From an uncultured Planctomycetota bacterium (GTDB taxonomy: Bacteria > Planctomycetota > JAJSAM01 > JAKLKS01), in contig CAYJMF010000001.1 in the NCBI GenBank assembly GCA_964370855.1, forward strand, positions 5,905 through 69,904: a stretch of DNA of 64,000 bases, written 5' to 3'. A model generated the notes under the pieces. That model was not told the DNA's origin, made no database searches, and saw only the letters and a list, made by a program, of their open reading frames with translations. This document shows, in pieces, positions 24,800 through 34,001 of the stretch; positions within the stretch are counted from its first letter, which is position 1; every line of letters begins with the position of its first letter. Made by a program: the position numbers and the translations under genes.

Positions 24800-26188
24800 T
24801 CACTCCCCGAGGGGCACGACAACCACGCGGAGGCTCAAGAAACCGCTGTTGTCCGTGAGGTTCTTGTCATTGACACGGACCGTGAGTTCGCCGCCCTCGT
24901 TCTCGATGCGCACGAGACCTGAAACGACTCCCGCCACGATCACAGCCTTGCCGGCCCGGAGGAGCAGAGACCCGTGGGTGTACTGCCCGTCGATGGAAAG
25001 GCGGTCGAGTTCATCACCGGCGAAACCCCCGGGGCCGCACTTCCCGACGAAGGTCCCGAGGGTCCACTCTCCGCTGGCGCTGATCCCGATGAGATCCCCT
25101 TTGCGAGCGGTCGCACCTATCTCCTTCCAATCAGAACGGGAATCCACCTTGACCTTAAGGTCCTTGATGCCACCAACGGCCCTCTCCAGCTTCTCAACCG
25201 ACGCGGCCCCATCCTTCCGAGTCTTCTCCATCCACGCTCTCGTCTCAGCGAACCCCAACTTGGTTTCGTAGGCCCCGTTCTGATCGAGGAACCCCGTCAG
25301 GTCGTCCATCATCGTCCCGATCCGCCCGATGTTCGCTTTCGAGTCGGAGCGCACGCGTTCAAGAGCGCTGATCAGGGACTGCGGTTCCGGGGTCTTCAGG
25401 CTGGCGACGAACCTCTCTTGCAGGTCAGCCTTGAAGCGCTCGATCTCCGACTTGATGAGTTGAACCTTGGCGTCCACCTGCTTGCGGACCGCCGCCGGAT
25501 TGAGAAGCCGAAGCGCGACGGGGACGACCGTTGGGGATCCCTTCCAAGTGGCATCCGCCTGGAACGTCAGCCGCCCGGACAGGTTGTCGGCAGCCTTCGT
25601 CAGGTCGGCGCTGATCGTCACCTGCGCGGGCGTCACACCCCCTGAGGGGGTCACCTTGAGCCACGGGTCGTCCGTCGCCACGGTCCATCGCAGCCCCGCC
25701 TTCCCCGGGGAGTCGACCGTCAATGCAACGGTCGCGGAGGAGGGCTCGCCCGCATCGCCCTCCAGCGTCACGGCCTGGGTCGGGCCGATGCGCAGGCACC
25801 CAAGGGCGGTGAATCGGACCGGAACGTCCACAGATCCCTGCTTCGACTCGAAGCGCAGGGACACCTCGTTCTCTCCGTACTTCAGCTTCTCGTGGTCGAT
25901 GGTGAGGTTCAGGTCCGCCGGAGTGCCACCCGTCGCGCTCGACAGCGTGACCCACTCCGCCGGAGACGAGGCCGTCCAGCCGACGCTCTGGTCGGGTTGG
26001 TCGCTGGCCAACTTCAGGGCCATGGCCTTCGGTGGCTCGGTGTCGCTCCCGAACTTCCCGGTCACGATGGCAGACGTGGGGGACACGGTGAGCCTGGGAG
26101 GAGGACCGCACGCAGCGAGGCCTGCGCACCCAGCAACGAGCACAAGCGCTTCCGAGAGAAGGACCGACGGCGTCTTCATCTTGCCCAT
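24800..26188 (-). CDS. secreted lipoprotein of unknown function
   Basis: ATG 26188 gives MGKMKTPSVLLSEALVLVAGCAGLAAC, a signal peptide with a LVAGC lipobox. C-terminal beta-rich region (GEWTLGTFVGKCGPGGFAGDELDRL...). The track starts at an upstream GTG (26221). Confidence 0.7.
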   Translation of the reverse strand: MGKMKTPSVLLSEALVLVAGCAGLAACGPPPRLTVSPTSAIVTGKFGSDTEPPKAMALKLASDQPDQSVGWTASSPAEWVTLSSATGGTPADLNLTIDHEKLKYGENEVSLRFESKQGSVDVPVRFTALGCLRIGPTQAVTLEGDAGEPSSATVALTVDSPGKAGLRWTVATDDPWLKVTPSGGVTPAQVTISADLTKAADNLSGRLTFQADATWKGSPTVVPVALRLLNPAAVRKQVDAKVQLIKSEIERFKADLQERFVASLKTPEPQSLISALERVRSDSKANIGRIGTMMDDLTGFLDQNGAYETKLGFAETRAWMEKTRKDGAASVEKLERAVGGIKDLKVKVDSRSDWKEIGATARKGDLIGISASGEWTLGTFVGKCGPGGFAGDELDRLSIDGQYTHGSLLLRAGKAVIVAGVVSGLVRIENEGGELTVRVNDKNLTDNSGFLSLRVVVVPLGE

Positions 26189-26237
26189 GGCGTCCTCCAC
26201 GACCGTGTCCAGCCCATTCACTGGTAGCCTCTCCCTG

Positions 26238-26299
26238 CATTGCAGCGCATGCCATCATCGACGTGTCAGTTGCTCACGGGAAGGACAATCGTGGTCCCC
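26238..26299 (-). promoter_or_regulatory. conserved ~62-bp cis-element, copy 1 (upstream of the lipoprotein gene)
   Basis: cattgcagcgcatgccatcatcgacgtgtcagttgctcacgggaaggacaatcgtggtcccc; about 54/62 identical to copy 2 at 33672-33733. In gene sense it contains CACG-N11-CGTG. Confidence 0.5.
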
Positions 26300-26420
26300 T
26301 CCCGTTACGGCTGGTCTGCACCGCCAACACCGACCGGATGGCCAGCGTCACGTGGATCCACTGGCGACACTCGGCGGAGTTCCCGACCTACGGACTGCGC
26401 GACCTCGAACCCGTGAGTGC

Positions 26421-28670
26421 TCATGACACACTCTCGGCAAGGAGCCTGCCCATCGCCCTTCGAGCCCCTTTGGGATCGAGGTGACCGGAAGCGTAAGTAG
26501 CCGCGAGCAGGTCCGCGGGGAGGAGAGAGTCGTACTTCTCGCGAAGCCTGTTCTTGACGCCCTCGGCCATCACGATTCCTGACGGAGGGTCCGATGCCTC
26601 CAATGGCTCGAGGATCTCGCGCATTTCCCGGGGGGACTTTCCCATGACCTGGAGCGCGATGCCATCGTGGCTGACCTCGAGCCCCCTGCCCTCAAGGAGG
26701 ATCCGGATGGTGTGCATCGCGAGATCGCCCATCCACGGGAAGAGGAGTGTGTCGGAGCCGCTTGACACGATGCGGGACTTGTCGAGTCCCAGAGCCGCGA
26801 AGTTGCCTCGGGCCTCGATGAGGAGACGCCGTGCCGTCGTGTCGAGGTAGGGCGGGACCTCCGAAGAACCGTAGACCCTCACCATCTCCTCCCGCACCCG
26901 ATCATGAACGAGGGCACGGCCCCCGCCGAAGAGCGGCGCCCTCCCTCCGGGGGCGGGCACCAGGTCGATGACCAGGCTCTCCGCGTCCACCGAGACGACC
27001 TTCCAGCGCCGCCCCGCGAAGATGAGGAAGGCCCCGACCGTGAGGGGGTAGTCGATCGGGAGCGACCCGAGCGTCCTCCCCCCGTGAACGAGTCGGTACT
27101 CGTCGGGCGTCATGAAGACCGCGTAGAACGAGTAGTGTCCGACGATGCGCTCCCCGGTCAACCCCAGGGTGAGGGAACCGTCAGATGTCTGGACGAGGAC
27201 GTCATGCTCGCCAAGGGCACGAAGCAGCTCGGCGAAAGCCCCCTGGTTGACTCCCTTGAACGGGCCTGACACGCAGAGGGCCCGCCATGCCTCCAGGGCC
27301 TGGACGCCTCCATACTGGGAGATGAGCGACAGGAGCTGCTGGACCAGGGTGGAGAGGTGCAGGGCGCCCACCCGCGGCGGCTCGTTCCACCGAGCCAGCA
27401 GCAGCTGGACCATGGCGATGGTCTGGACGAGCTCGGCGCGCAGGCGGTCCTGGGGCGGCGTGCGGGGCGTGATCTCCCGCTCCCGCACGTAGCCCCGCAG
27501 GATCCCCGGCTCTCCTCGGCGCCCGGAGCGCCCGAGACGCTGCCGGAGGCTCGCCACCGAGGGCGGGGTGCCAACCTGGGCGATGCTCGTCACGCGACCA
27601 ATGTCGATGCCGAGCTCCAGGGTGCTCGTGCAGACTGCGGTCGCCGGACGGCCCCCTTCCTTGAGGATGCGCTCCACGTCCTCGCGGAGCTCCTTCGAGA
27701 GGTTCCCGTGATGGGGGTAGAACTCGTTCGGGACGCGCTCCCGCTCGCACAGTCGCGCCAGGAGATCGGCGTACCGCTCGACGCGGTTCCGGCTGTTGGC
27801 GAAGACGAGATTGCTCGTCCCGCGGAGAGTCTTGAAGAGGTGTTCGACGATGGCGATCTCGTCGCCCGTGGGCTCCTCGGACTCCGATGGCTCCTCTCCC
27901 ACCACCTTGGGCATCGGATCTGCGGCGACGTAGCCACGGACCTGGAGCTTGAGCTCCTGGGCCTCTCCGGCGGCCTCGATGACCCGAACCGCTTCTCCCC
28001 GGCCCGGCCGGAGGAACTCCGACGCCATGGCCATGTCGCCCAAAGTGGCGCTGAGCCCGATCCTGGGGACCCGACGGCGGAGGACGAGTTCAACCCTGTG
28101 GAGCAAGGACTGGAGCTGTCGGCCGCGCTCGGACCCGATGAAGGAGTGCAGCTCGTCGATGACCACGTGCCCGAGCCCCGAGAAGACCTTCCCCACCTTG
28201 AGGCCGTGGATGACGAAGAGGGCCTCCAACGACTCGGGGGTGATGAGGAGGATCCCCGAGGGCTCCGCGAGGAGCTTCTTCTTGCGACCACCGTCCACGT
28301 CTCCGTGCCAGCGGTGCACCGGGATCTCGAGGTTCTCGCACAGCCGATCGAGCCGCTCGAACTGATCGTTGATGAGAGCCTTGAGCGGGCTCACGTAGAG
28401 GACCCGGACGCTTCCCTCGGACTTCCCGACGAGCATGGAGACGATGGGCAGGAAGGCGGCCTCGGTCTTCCCGCTCGCCGTCTGCGCCGCGAGGATGACG
28501 TCCTCGCTCCCCCCGAGGATGGGATCGACGGCCGCCTCCTGGACGTCGCGCAGATCCGTCCAGCGCTGCTCCCAGATCCAGCGGCGGACCTTCTCGTGGA
28601 GCTTCCCGAAGGCCGCGGAGGGGGAACTCGCCGCCCCGGGGCTAGAGCCGGAAGGAGGAGAGGTCATCAT
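26421..28670 (-). CDS. sngC: DEAD/DEAH-box (SF2) helicase; third gene of a TerB/ATPase/helicase (Shango-like) operon
   Basis: Start MMTSPP at 28670 (the track ORF extends to 28976). Motifs AQTASGKTEAAFLPIV (motif I), VIDELHSF (DExH), LSATLGD (motif III), helicase C-terminal domain (ICTSTLELGIDIG...QRLGRSGRRG), plus a long C-terminal extension. Overlaps the preceding gene by 29 nt. Confidence 0.8.
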   Translation of the reverse strand: MMTSPPSGSSPGAASSPSAAFGKLHEKVRRWIWEQRWTDLRDVQEAAVDPILGGSEDVILAAQTASGKTEAAFLPIVSMLVGKSEGSVRVLYVSPLKALINDQFERLDRLCENLEIPVHRWHGDVDGGRKKKLLAEPSGILLITPESLEALFVIHGLKVGKVFSGLGHVVIDELHSFIGSERGRQLQSLLHRVELVLRRRVPRIGLSATLGDMAMASEFLRPGRGEAVRVIEAAGEAQELKLQVRGYVAADPMPKVVGEEPSESEEPTGDEIAIVEHLFKTLRGTSNLVFANSRNRVERYADLLARLCERERVPNEFYPHHGNLSKELREDVERILKEGGRPATAVCTSTLELGIDIGRVTSIAQVGTPPSVASLRQRLGRSGRRGEPGILRGYVREREITPRTPPQDRLRAELVQTIAMVQLLLARWNEPPRVGALHLSTLVQQLLSLISQYGGVQALEAWRALCVSGPFKGVNQGAFAELLRALGEHDVLVQTSDGSLTLGLTGERIVGHYSFYAVFMTPDEYRLVHGGRTLGSLPIDYPLTVGAFLIFAGRRWKVVSVDAESLVIDLVPAPGGRAPLFGGGRALVHDRVREEMVRVYGSSEVPPYLDTTARRLLIEARGNFAALGLDKSRIVSSGSDTLLFPWMGDLAMHTIRILLEGRGLEVSHDGIALQVMGKSPREMREILEPLEASDPPSGIVMAEGVKNRLREKYDSLLPADLLAATYASGHLDPKGARRAMGRLLAESVS

Positions 28671-30012
28671 CGCCGCGTCCCGGTAGCGGGGGAATCTGGG
28701 GCGAAGCAACCGCCCCGCCGGGGCCTCCGATCTCCTCCTCGCCGGGGAGGGGCTCGAGATCGGGGTTGCTCTCGGTCGGGACCTGGACGCCGCCGAGCAG
28801 GTCCTTCCAGTTGGCGCCGGGGTTCTGCTCCAGGACGGAGAGGAAGTCGGCGAAGGCCTTGATCGAGTTCCGGGGAGTCCGGAAGTAGGAGTCCCCGATC
28901 CTCTTGGAGCAGTGCTCCAGGAAGCCGTGGAGCGCTTCGTCCGGGACGAGGTAGGCCTTCTCGTCGCCGCTGGCATAGACGTGGCGGATCTTCCCGAGGA
29001 GGACGTAGAGGTCCTCCGGGGTGAGGTTGGGAAGGCGCAGAACGGGCCCGCTCATGTCCACGAGGCCGTCCCGGGCGAAGGTGTTCTCGGCGAGGCGCGA
29101 CTGGAGCGCCTGGTAGCTGTAGAGGCCCTTCCGGGTGTCCATCAGGAACTCCGGAGTCCCTCCCTTCACGAAACCCAGCGACTCGGCGGAACCCTGGAAG
29201 CAGTCATTCACGATGCGCAGCACCTGCTCGTAGTTGGCGTTGCGGGCCTGGGTGTGGGCGAGCTTGTAGAGGTTCACCATCTCGTCGAGGCAGACGAGCA
29301 CGCCGCTGAACCCCGCCAGGCGGACGAACCGGGCAAAGAGCTTCAGGTGGTCGTAGAAGCTCGCGTCCTCGATGATGGTCCGTACCCCGAGCGCAGACCG
29401 GGCGTCGGTCCTGGTCGTGAACTCGGCCCGGAGCCACCGGAGCGCGTCGGACATGAGCTGCTCGTTGCCCGTGTCGTGGCCCTTCCAGTAGGCCGCGACG
29501 ACCGCGGCAAAGTCGTAGCCGCCCACCATCTCCGACAGGTCTCGAAGGCGCTCCTGGATGACCTTCTCCGGGCTGACGCCCCGCTCTCGGGCCTCCGTCA
29601 TGGCGGTGCTCACAAACCTCTCCACGACGCTCGGAAGCGCCCCTCCGTCGGGTTTCGCACGGGTGGACAGGTTCCGCATCAGCTCTGCGTAGAGCGAACG
29701 GGCCTGGCCGCCCGTCGCCTGGAGGCGGCGGTCCGGGGTCAGGTCCGCGTGGGCCGTGACGAGCTTCTTCTCCATGGCCACGGCGCGGACCAGGTGGAGG
29801 AAGAAGGTCTTCCCCGAGCCGTACTCCCCGATGACGAACCGGATGGCCGAGCCTCGGTCCGCGATTCGGTCGATGTCCTGCAGGAGGGCCTCGATCTCCC
29901 TGGCCCTGCCGACCTGGATAAGATGCTGTCCCACGCGGGGCACGACCCCGGCCCGAAGCGACTGCAGGACCGCATCCCGGTCCTTCGCGCGGATCTTTCT
30001 CGGCTCGGTCAT
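28642..30012 (-). CDS. sngB: P-loop ATPase (DUF2791-like); second gene of the Shango-like operon
   Basis: ATG 30012 (MTEPRKIRAKD) overlaps the TerB gene's stop (ATGA). Walker A GEYGSGKTF and Walker B VLVCLDEM. The long upstream part of the 823-aa track ORF is read-through noise. Confidence 0.8.
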   Translation of the reverse strand: MTEPRKIRAKDRDAVLQSLRAGVVPRVGQHLIQVGRAREIEALLQDIDRIADRGSAIRFVIGEYGSGKTFFLHLVRAVAMEKKLVTAHADLTPDRRLQATGGQARSLYAELMRNLSTRAKPDGGALPSVVERFVSTAMTEARERGVSPEKVIQERLRDLSEMVGGYDFAAVVAAYWKGHDTGNEQLMSDALRWLRAEFTTRTDARSALGVRTIIEDASFYDHLKLFARFVRLAGFSGVLVCLDEMVNLYKLAHTQARNANYEQVLRIVNDCFQGSAESLGFVKGGTPEFLMDTRKGLYSYQALQSRLAENTFARDGLVDMSGPVLRLPNLTPEDLYVLLGKIRHVYASGDEKAYLVPDEALHGFLEHCSKRIGDSYFRTPRNSIKAFADFLSVLEQNPGANWKDLLGGVQVPTESNPDLEPLPGEEEIGGPGGAVASPQIPPLPGRGDDDLSSFRL

Positions 30013-33000
30013 CGCAGGAACTCGCTCAGGGCCACGGCGTTCACATCGATCGGATCGTCCCCCTCGCAGAGGGGCTCCCCGCATCTCTCCAGAGCCGTCT
30101 CGTTCAGAACATCCAGCGCACCGTCGGGCAGCAAGCCCACCTCCGAGGCCACCCTCTCGAGGTCGGGGCGGCTCCACTGCGGTTTCGCGGCAAGGCCGCG
30201 GAGGAGTCGGCTGTGCGCGGCGTCGAAACCCTCGACGAGGTCCTCTTGGACCGACTCGGCGGGTTCCGGTGCTGCCGGCGCCTCGCACTCCTCCGAGGCG
30301 AAGATACCGCTCAGGAGGCTGGCCACGGCGGCCGTTTCCCGGAGTTTCACCTCGACGGCCTCCATATCGATGGTCACACGGCCGACGTCCGCGGGCTTCT
30401 CCGAAGCCGGCGGCTGAGGGACTGCGAAGGTCCGCGCCGGTGCCCCGGCCACGAAGACCGAGACCGGCCCGACGTCGGGAGCCGTTGGCCGGCTTGCGTG
30501 GGCGTGGGCCCGACTGAAGACTTCCTGCTCCGGGAGCCCCATCGCCTTGAAGAGCTGTCCGAGGACCTTCACCTCCGCCGGCTCGAACCGCCCGTCGGCC
30601 CCGGCGACGGACACGAGCAGGTTGGCGAGAAGGTCGCGCTGGCCCTCGGGGACCTCGATGAGCCGCTTCTTCACTCCGCCCATCCCCGGGGGAGACGCCG
30701 CGAGGTGGCGAAGGTGCGCCCGCAGACGGGTCCTCTCGGGCGGGGAGAAGTCCATGGACGACTCGAGGTGCTCCTCGAGGTGGTCCATCTCCTCGGGGCT
30801 GACGGCCCCGTCGGCGGCGGCCACGACCGAGGCCAACCGTAGAAGGAGCGAGCCGGCGAGGTAGGACGGCGTCGGGGCCTTGAGGGAGGGCTGCGTCTCC
30901 CGGAAGAGGACGACCTTCTCCCCTTTTCCCGGCGCGGCACCCCCGAACCTCACGTCGGGCTCCAGCCCGATGCCCTCCCGTTCCAGGACCTGCGCCAGGG
31001 CGACGGCGTCCGCCTTCCTGAGCTTGTTGCCCGCCACCCCGGGCCATCGCGCGAACAGGTCCTTCCCTTCGACCACGACGTGGTCCTTCCCGGCGAGGGA
31101 GGTGTCCACCCACTCGAGGAGCGCCTTTCCTCCCGCCGTCTCCCTAGGGGACACGAGCCCCTCCGGGAGAAGCGCCGCGGCGGCCAGGGTGCCCGCGGCC
31201 CTGGGACTGCGGTTCACGAACCGGCTGTAGGCATCAAGCTCGTCGGCACAACGGTCGGCGAGCTCGGCCAGGTCGTGGATGGGGCGGCTCAGCCGGTCGA
31301 TGTCGGGAAGGCCATCCACGACTACCTGCTGGGGCCGCGGGATCCCCGAGCAGGCCGGGTTGTACTCCACCCTCCACTTCACGGACCTGGCCGCGACACG
31401 GAGCCCCTCGGCGTAGGCCTGCGAGTAGCGAATGAGGAAGATCTTCCGGAACTCTTCGGGGCATCGTCGCGCCGGAGTCCGGAATCTCACCTCCGGGTGG
31501 TGCAGGAGCCACGCGAACGCCCACTCGCCGGGAAGCGGCTTCCCCTCGGAGATGAATGTTCCGATGGCCTTCTTCAATCTCGGAGGGATGCCCCACCCTC
31601 GCCCTTCCAGGGGCGTCGAGGGTGCGGCAGCCTCGGGTGCCGGCAGGATGAATTCCACGAAGTCGAGGAACTGCCCGGAGTAGGAGCGGAAGGAGCCGTT
31701 GCTCCCGTTGAGTTCGCGAAGCCGCCGCACCTCGTCCAGCAGGGCTCGTGTCTCGGCGACCAGCGTGGCGCTCCGGCTCCGGTCGCCGAGGATGCGCCTC
31801 TCGATGCCGTAGAAGTGCAGGAACACGTGTCCGATGCCGATGCCCGGGTCGTTCCTCCCCTGCTCCATCCATTCGATGTGGGCGGCACGGGCCGCAGGAG
31901 TGAGCGTGGAATAGGAAGGCCAGTAGCTCATCGTGGCCCCGGCCCGGTCGGGACTTGTGAAGTTGGCCGGCAGCTTCGGGTCAATGAGGGCCGGCTCCGC
32001 GTCCCACTCCGACGAGAGGCTGGGCAGTCCCTCGCCGAAGTAGTACCCGCCGCCGGGGAGTTCCCTCCCGCCGATTCGCACCGAACTCCCCGGAGGGACC
32101 CAACAGTCCTGCTCTCTTGCCTTCCCTTCCTTCTTGGACCGGGTCCCGAAGCCGACTCCATCGAACGTGACGGAGTCCTCCTCGGGTTCCCTCCCCCGCG
32201 TCAGGGAGCTGCCCCCGACCTTGACCTCAACCCTCAAGCCGTACCCGAGGTTGACCGCGAGGGGAACTGTCCCAGGAAGGGGCTCGACTCTGACGGGCTC
32301 TCGGCCTGGACCGGGTTCCGGGGGCGAGTAGCTCACGGGCCTCTCCGGGGCCGTCGCCGGCACGCTCTCCCCCCTTGGTGGCGGCCGGTCAGGCACCATC
32401 CTCGAAGGTTCGGTGCCAAGCCTGTCGAGGCACGCCTTTGCGTCCACGTGCTGGAGGTTCACCGCGAAGAACTGCTCCCTCGTCGCGTAAAGAGCGTGGA
32501 CACGGCGGGTCTCCTCCTGCCCCGTCGCCGGATCCAGGTCCCGGACCCACGCCCGCACCGAGATCGCCTTCGTGTGATTCGTGTAGAGCGAGTGGAACGC
32601 CTCGTAGGCGGTTCGGAGCGTGGCTTGCACGAGGGCCGCCTCGAAGAGCGCTCGATGGTCCGCCTTCTTCATCGCGGTCGGCCGCACCTCGTCCCCACGC
32701 GCCACGTACCTGTACTCGGCCACGGACGGGATCGCCCGCTGCGGCGGGAGCATCACGTCCACGACCAGCGTCCCCCTGGGCGCGTCATACACGGCGGTAT
32801 ACTCCCGCGGGAAGCAGTCCGGGTAGGTCGAGCGCTCGAAGACCCCGCGCACGTACTCCTCGATGGCAGAGGCCTCGCCCGCATCGAACCGCCGGCGAAA
32901 GTCCTCCACCTCCCGATTGCGCTCAGCCTGTCCTTCTTCGTACCGCGCCTTCTGACGCCAGTGGGACTCCCATGACTTCTTCCTGGCCTCCTCCCAGGCT

Positions 33001-33605
33001 CGCACCTGGCTCTGCCATCGCTCTTCGTGAGCGCGGGCCTTCTCCTGATCTCCCTGCAGGATCTCCGCTTCAAGGGCAAGTCGTCGCCTCTTGAGTGACG
33101 GCAAGAGCCACTCCCAGAAGCTCGGCTTGGGAATCGAAGAGGGTAGAGGTGAAGGTGGTTGGACGGGGTGGGGGGGCTCGAACGAGAACGGCGGGAACGG
33201 CGCCGTGTCCATGAGCTCCGCCCACTCGAGCCTGGGACTCGTCTTGAGGGCGGCCGGCAGGAGCGAACCCAGGGCCGTGAGCGTCTCCTGAAGACTCTGG
33301 TTCGCCCGCTCCGCATCGTCCTTCGCCCGATCGCGGGCGTCCGTCTTGGCGGCGGCGATCCGCTGCCGGATCTCCTGCTCGTCCCACTTGAGGAGGAGGT
33401 TCTTCGCCTTGCCTCGGACTTCCGCGTCGGACTTCCCCTGGACCGTCCGCACCTCGTTCAAGCAGGAGTTCCGGACGGTCGCGACGTAGACGGGGACGGA
33501 ACGCCGCCGTCCCGACGGAGTCATCCAATCGACCGTGACCCCAATGGTGTGGGACCTTCGCTCGATTTCAGCCCGGATCGCCCGCTCGTCCTCTTCCGAC
33601 CCCAT
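30009..33605 (-). CDS. sngA: large TerB-N/TerB-C domain protein; first gene of the Shango-like operon
   Basis: TerB-type motifs (LRLASVVAAADGAVSPEEMDHLEEHLESSMDFSPPERTRLRAHLRHL and LANLLVSVAGADGRFEPAEVKVLGQLFKAMG). Start chosen at 33605 (MGSEEDE), downstream of the conserved cis-element; 33674/33692 are alternatives. 1198 aa. Confidence 0.75.
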   Translation of the reverse strand: MGSEEDERAIRAEIERRSHTIGVTVDWMTPSGRRRSVPVYVATVRNSCLNEVRTVQGKSDAEVRGKAKNLLLKWDEQEIRQRIAAAKTDARDRAKDDAERANQSLQETLTALGSLLPAALKTSPRLEWAELMDTAPFPPFSFEPPHPVQPPSPLPSSIPKPSFWEWLLPSLKRRRLALEAEILQGDQEKARAHEERWQSQVRAWEEARKKSWESHWRQKARYEEGQAERNREVEDFRRRFDAGEASAIEEYVRGVFERSTYPDCFPREYTAVYDAPRGTLVVDVMLPPQRAIPSVAEYRYVARGDEVRPTAMKKADHRALFEAALVQATLRTAYEAFHSLYTNHTKAISVRAWVRDLDPATGQEETRRVHALYATREQFFAVNLQHVDAKACLDRLGTEPSRMVPDRPPPRGESVPATAPERPVSYSPPEPGPGREPVRVEPLPGTVPLAVNLGYGLRVEVKVGGSSLTRGREPEEDSVTFDGVGFGTRSKKEGKAREQDCWVPPGSSVRIGGRELPGGGYYFGEGLPSLSSEWDAEPALIDPKLPANFTSPDRAGATMSYWPSYSTLTPAARAAHIEWMEQGRNDPGIGIGHVFLHFYGIERRILGDRSRSATLVAETRALLDEVRRLRELNGSNGSFRSYSGQFLDFVEFILPAPEAAAPSTPLEGRGWGIPPRLKKAIGTFISEGKPLPGEWAFAWLLHHPEVRFRTPARRCPEEFRKIFLIRYSQAYAEGLRVAARSVKWRVEYNPACSGIPRPQQVVVDGLPDIDRLSRPIHDLAELADRCADELDAYSRFVNRSPRAAGTLAAAALLPEGLVSPRETAGGKALLEWVDTSLAGKDHVVVEGKDLFARWPGVAGNKLRKADAVALAQVLEREGIGLEPDVRFGGAAPGKGEKVVLFRETQPSLKAPTPSYLAGSLLLRLASVVAAADGAVSPEEMDHLEEHLESSMDFSPPERTRLRAHLRHLAASPPGMGGVKKRLIEVPEGQRDLLANLLVSVAGADGRFEPAEVKVLGQLFKAMGLPEQEVFSRAHAHASRPTAPDVGPVSVFVAGAPARTFAVPQPPASEKPADVGRVTIDMEAVEVKLRETAAVASLLSGIFASEECEAPAAPEPAESVQEDLVEGFDAAHSRLLRGLAAKPQWSRPDLERVASEVGLLPDGALDVLNETALERCGEPLCEGDDPIDVNAVALSEFLR

Positions 33606-33671
33606 CGGCACCCCACCGTTCAGCGCCCGTCTGCTCCGATTCTCTCCTTCAGCAGCCGGAGGAACTCCCTT

Positions 33672-33733
33672 CATTGCAGCACCCACCATCATCGACGTGA
33701 TGGTTGCTCACGGGAAGGACAATCGTGATTCCC
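33672..33733 (-). promoter_or_regulatory. conserved ~62-bp cis-element, copy 2 (upstream of the TerB gene)
   Basis: cattgcagcacccaccatcatcgacgtgatggttgctcacgggaaggacaatcgtgattccc; see copy 1. Confidence 0.5.
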
Positions 33734-34001
33734 TGCCACCCACACTCGTGGGTACATCGACTTCCTGGCGCTCATTGTCCATGGAGACTGCGAGCCGGCA
33801 TCTTCGTCATGAAAACTGTCAGTCGAAGCGTGGAGGTTCCCCGCCTGCGGCCGGAGGCACTGAGGGAGCAGTGTCCATTCCGACGCCAGATTCTGCCCCT
33901 CGTGAACAGGTCAGGCCATGCCGCAGGGGGGAAAGTGCCAGCAGACTCAAGTGAAGACGGTGGTTGACCTGGGTGGACTCGCGTCCTAGCATGGCCGTCG
34001 G

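Noticed and set aside
28642-31113. 823-aa ORF as the full ATPase gene
   Set aside because: It would overlap the TerB gene by 1.1 kb. The ATG at 30012 (ATGA overlap with the TerB stop) gives a sensible 456-aa ATPase.
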